From the human T2T-CHM13v2.0 reference genome, Homo sapiens, in assembly GCF_009914755.1 (NCBI RefSeq), contig NC_060936.1: DNA of 64,000 nucleotides. The stretch is one strand, 5' to 3'. Made by a program: the position numbers and the translations under genes. The notes below the pieces were generated by a model. It was not told the origin of the DNA. It worked only from the letters and a program-made list of their open reading frames with translations, and did not search any database. Shown one piece after another: positions 62,772 through 64,000 of the stretch (positions within the stretch are counted from its first letter, which is position 1; every line of letters begins with the position of its first letter).

Positions 62772-63456
62772 GATTTTTAAAAATTTACCCATTGTAAGCG
62801 TACAGTACAATGATGTTTAGTAAATTTATAGAATTGCACAACCATCACCACGATCCAATTTTAGAAAGTTCCATTGAGCTGCCTGGTCTGCAGTCAGTCC
62901 ATTCCCACTCCCAGCTCTAGGCAACCACTGATCTGCTCTGTGTCTCCATAGATTTTCCTTTTCTAGAAATTTCATATAGATGGAATCATACAATATATGG
63001 TCTTTCAGGTCTGACTTCTTTTATTTAGCATAGTTTTTTTTCAGGTTCATCCATATTGCAGCTTGTATCAGTCATTTGTTCCTTTTTACTGTCGAAAAGT
63101 ATTTCATTGTGTGAGATAAATTACATTTTTTGTATCCCTCACGAGTTGATGTACATGTGAATTGTTTCCAGTTTGGGGCTACTATGAATTATACCCTAAG
63201 AACATTTGTATATATGTCTTTGTATGAAAATCATTCTCTTTGCAGATTCCATGTTCATTTAGATCAGATTATACATGTTTTTAATTATTTTTAAATGAAT
63301 TTTTAAATTACAAAATATAATCAGAAAGAAATGCCAGCTTCCTGGGAATAGGGATATTGTTTTGTTCACTGTTGTGTTTCCAGTCCCTAAGTGTCTGACT
63401 GAAAAAAAAAACAAAACTGTGGAATAAATGTATGTAACACACCAAATAACTGTATT

Positions 63457-63736
63457 CAGAGTCTCACTCTGTCATCCAAGCTGGAGTGCAGTGGCACTAT
63501 CAGGGCTCACTGCTGCTTAGACCTCCTAGGCTCAAGTGATCCTCTCATTCCAGCTCCCAAGTAGCTGGGACTATAGGCATGCCCCACCATGCCCAGGTAA
63601 TTTTTTGTGTGCATGCAGATGGGGTCTTGCTTTGTTGCCTAGGCTGGGCTGGTCTCAAACACCTGGACTCAAGTGATCCTCCCGCCTCAGCCTCCCAAAG
63701 TGCTGGATTACAAGTATGAGCCACCATCGCCAGCCC
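63457..63736 (-). mobile_element. Alu (AluJ-like)
   Basis: Antisense Alu. Confidence 0.9.
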
Positions 63737-63776
63737 GTAAGTGTGTATTTGCTTGATTTATATAAAAAGTAAATTA

Positions 63777-64000
63777 GCTGGGCATGGAGCTCATGCCTGT
63801 AATCCCAGCACTTTGGGAGGCCAAGGTAGGAGGACAGCTTGAGCCCAGGAGTTCAAGATGAACCTGAGCAGCATGGCAAAACCCATTTCTACAAAAAATT
63901 AGCTGGGCGTGGTGGCACACACCTGTAGTTCCAACTTCCTGGGGTGCTGAGGCCGGAGGATTGCTTGAGCCCTGGAGGTCGAGGCTGCAGGGAGCTGCTA
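63777..64000 (+). mobile_element. Alu (AluJ-like), cut by the window end
   Basis: Sense Alu. Confidence 0.9.

Overview
Human (or near-identical hominid) genomic DNA matching the chr12q23.3 UQCC6(C12orf73/BRAWNIN)-TDG-GLT8D2 locus; gene names are recognised from the translated exons. Minus strand: the complete 71-aa BRAWNIN microprotein CDS (6453-6346 joined to 1340-1233) under its own CpG island. Plus strand: all 10 coding exons of thymine DNA glycosylase (15737-36807, 1233 nt, 410 aa) with a CpG-island promoter and a ~1.8-kb 3'UTR. Minus strand: the last 7 coding exons of GLT8D2 (53001-39127; the first 37 codons lie right of the window), ending about 130 bp from the TDG end, tail to tail. 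The rest is interspersed repeats: about 40 Alus, a 5'-truncated L1PA nested in an ERV LTR nested in a MaLR LTR, a full-length THE1A, DNA-transposon fossils, L2/MIR and microsatellites. Repeat boundaries and subfamilies are by eye and approximate. I see no provable new biological system. The best leads are: (i) several apparent short-range templated insertions (20-42 bp copied over about 1.5-2.5 kb), one bracketing the TDG promoter; (ii) a candidate cassette exon in BRAWNIN that changes its C-terminus and overlaps an opposite-strand exon candidate; (iii) a 5'UTR splice donor that could give an N-truncated TDG; (iv) a dense miRNA/PUM site cluster in the TDG 3'UTR.
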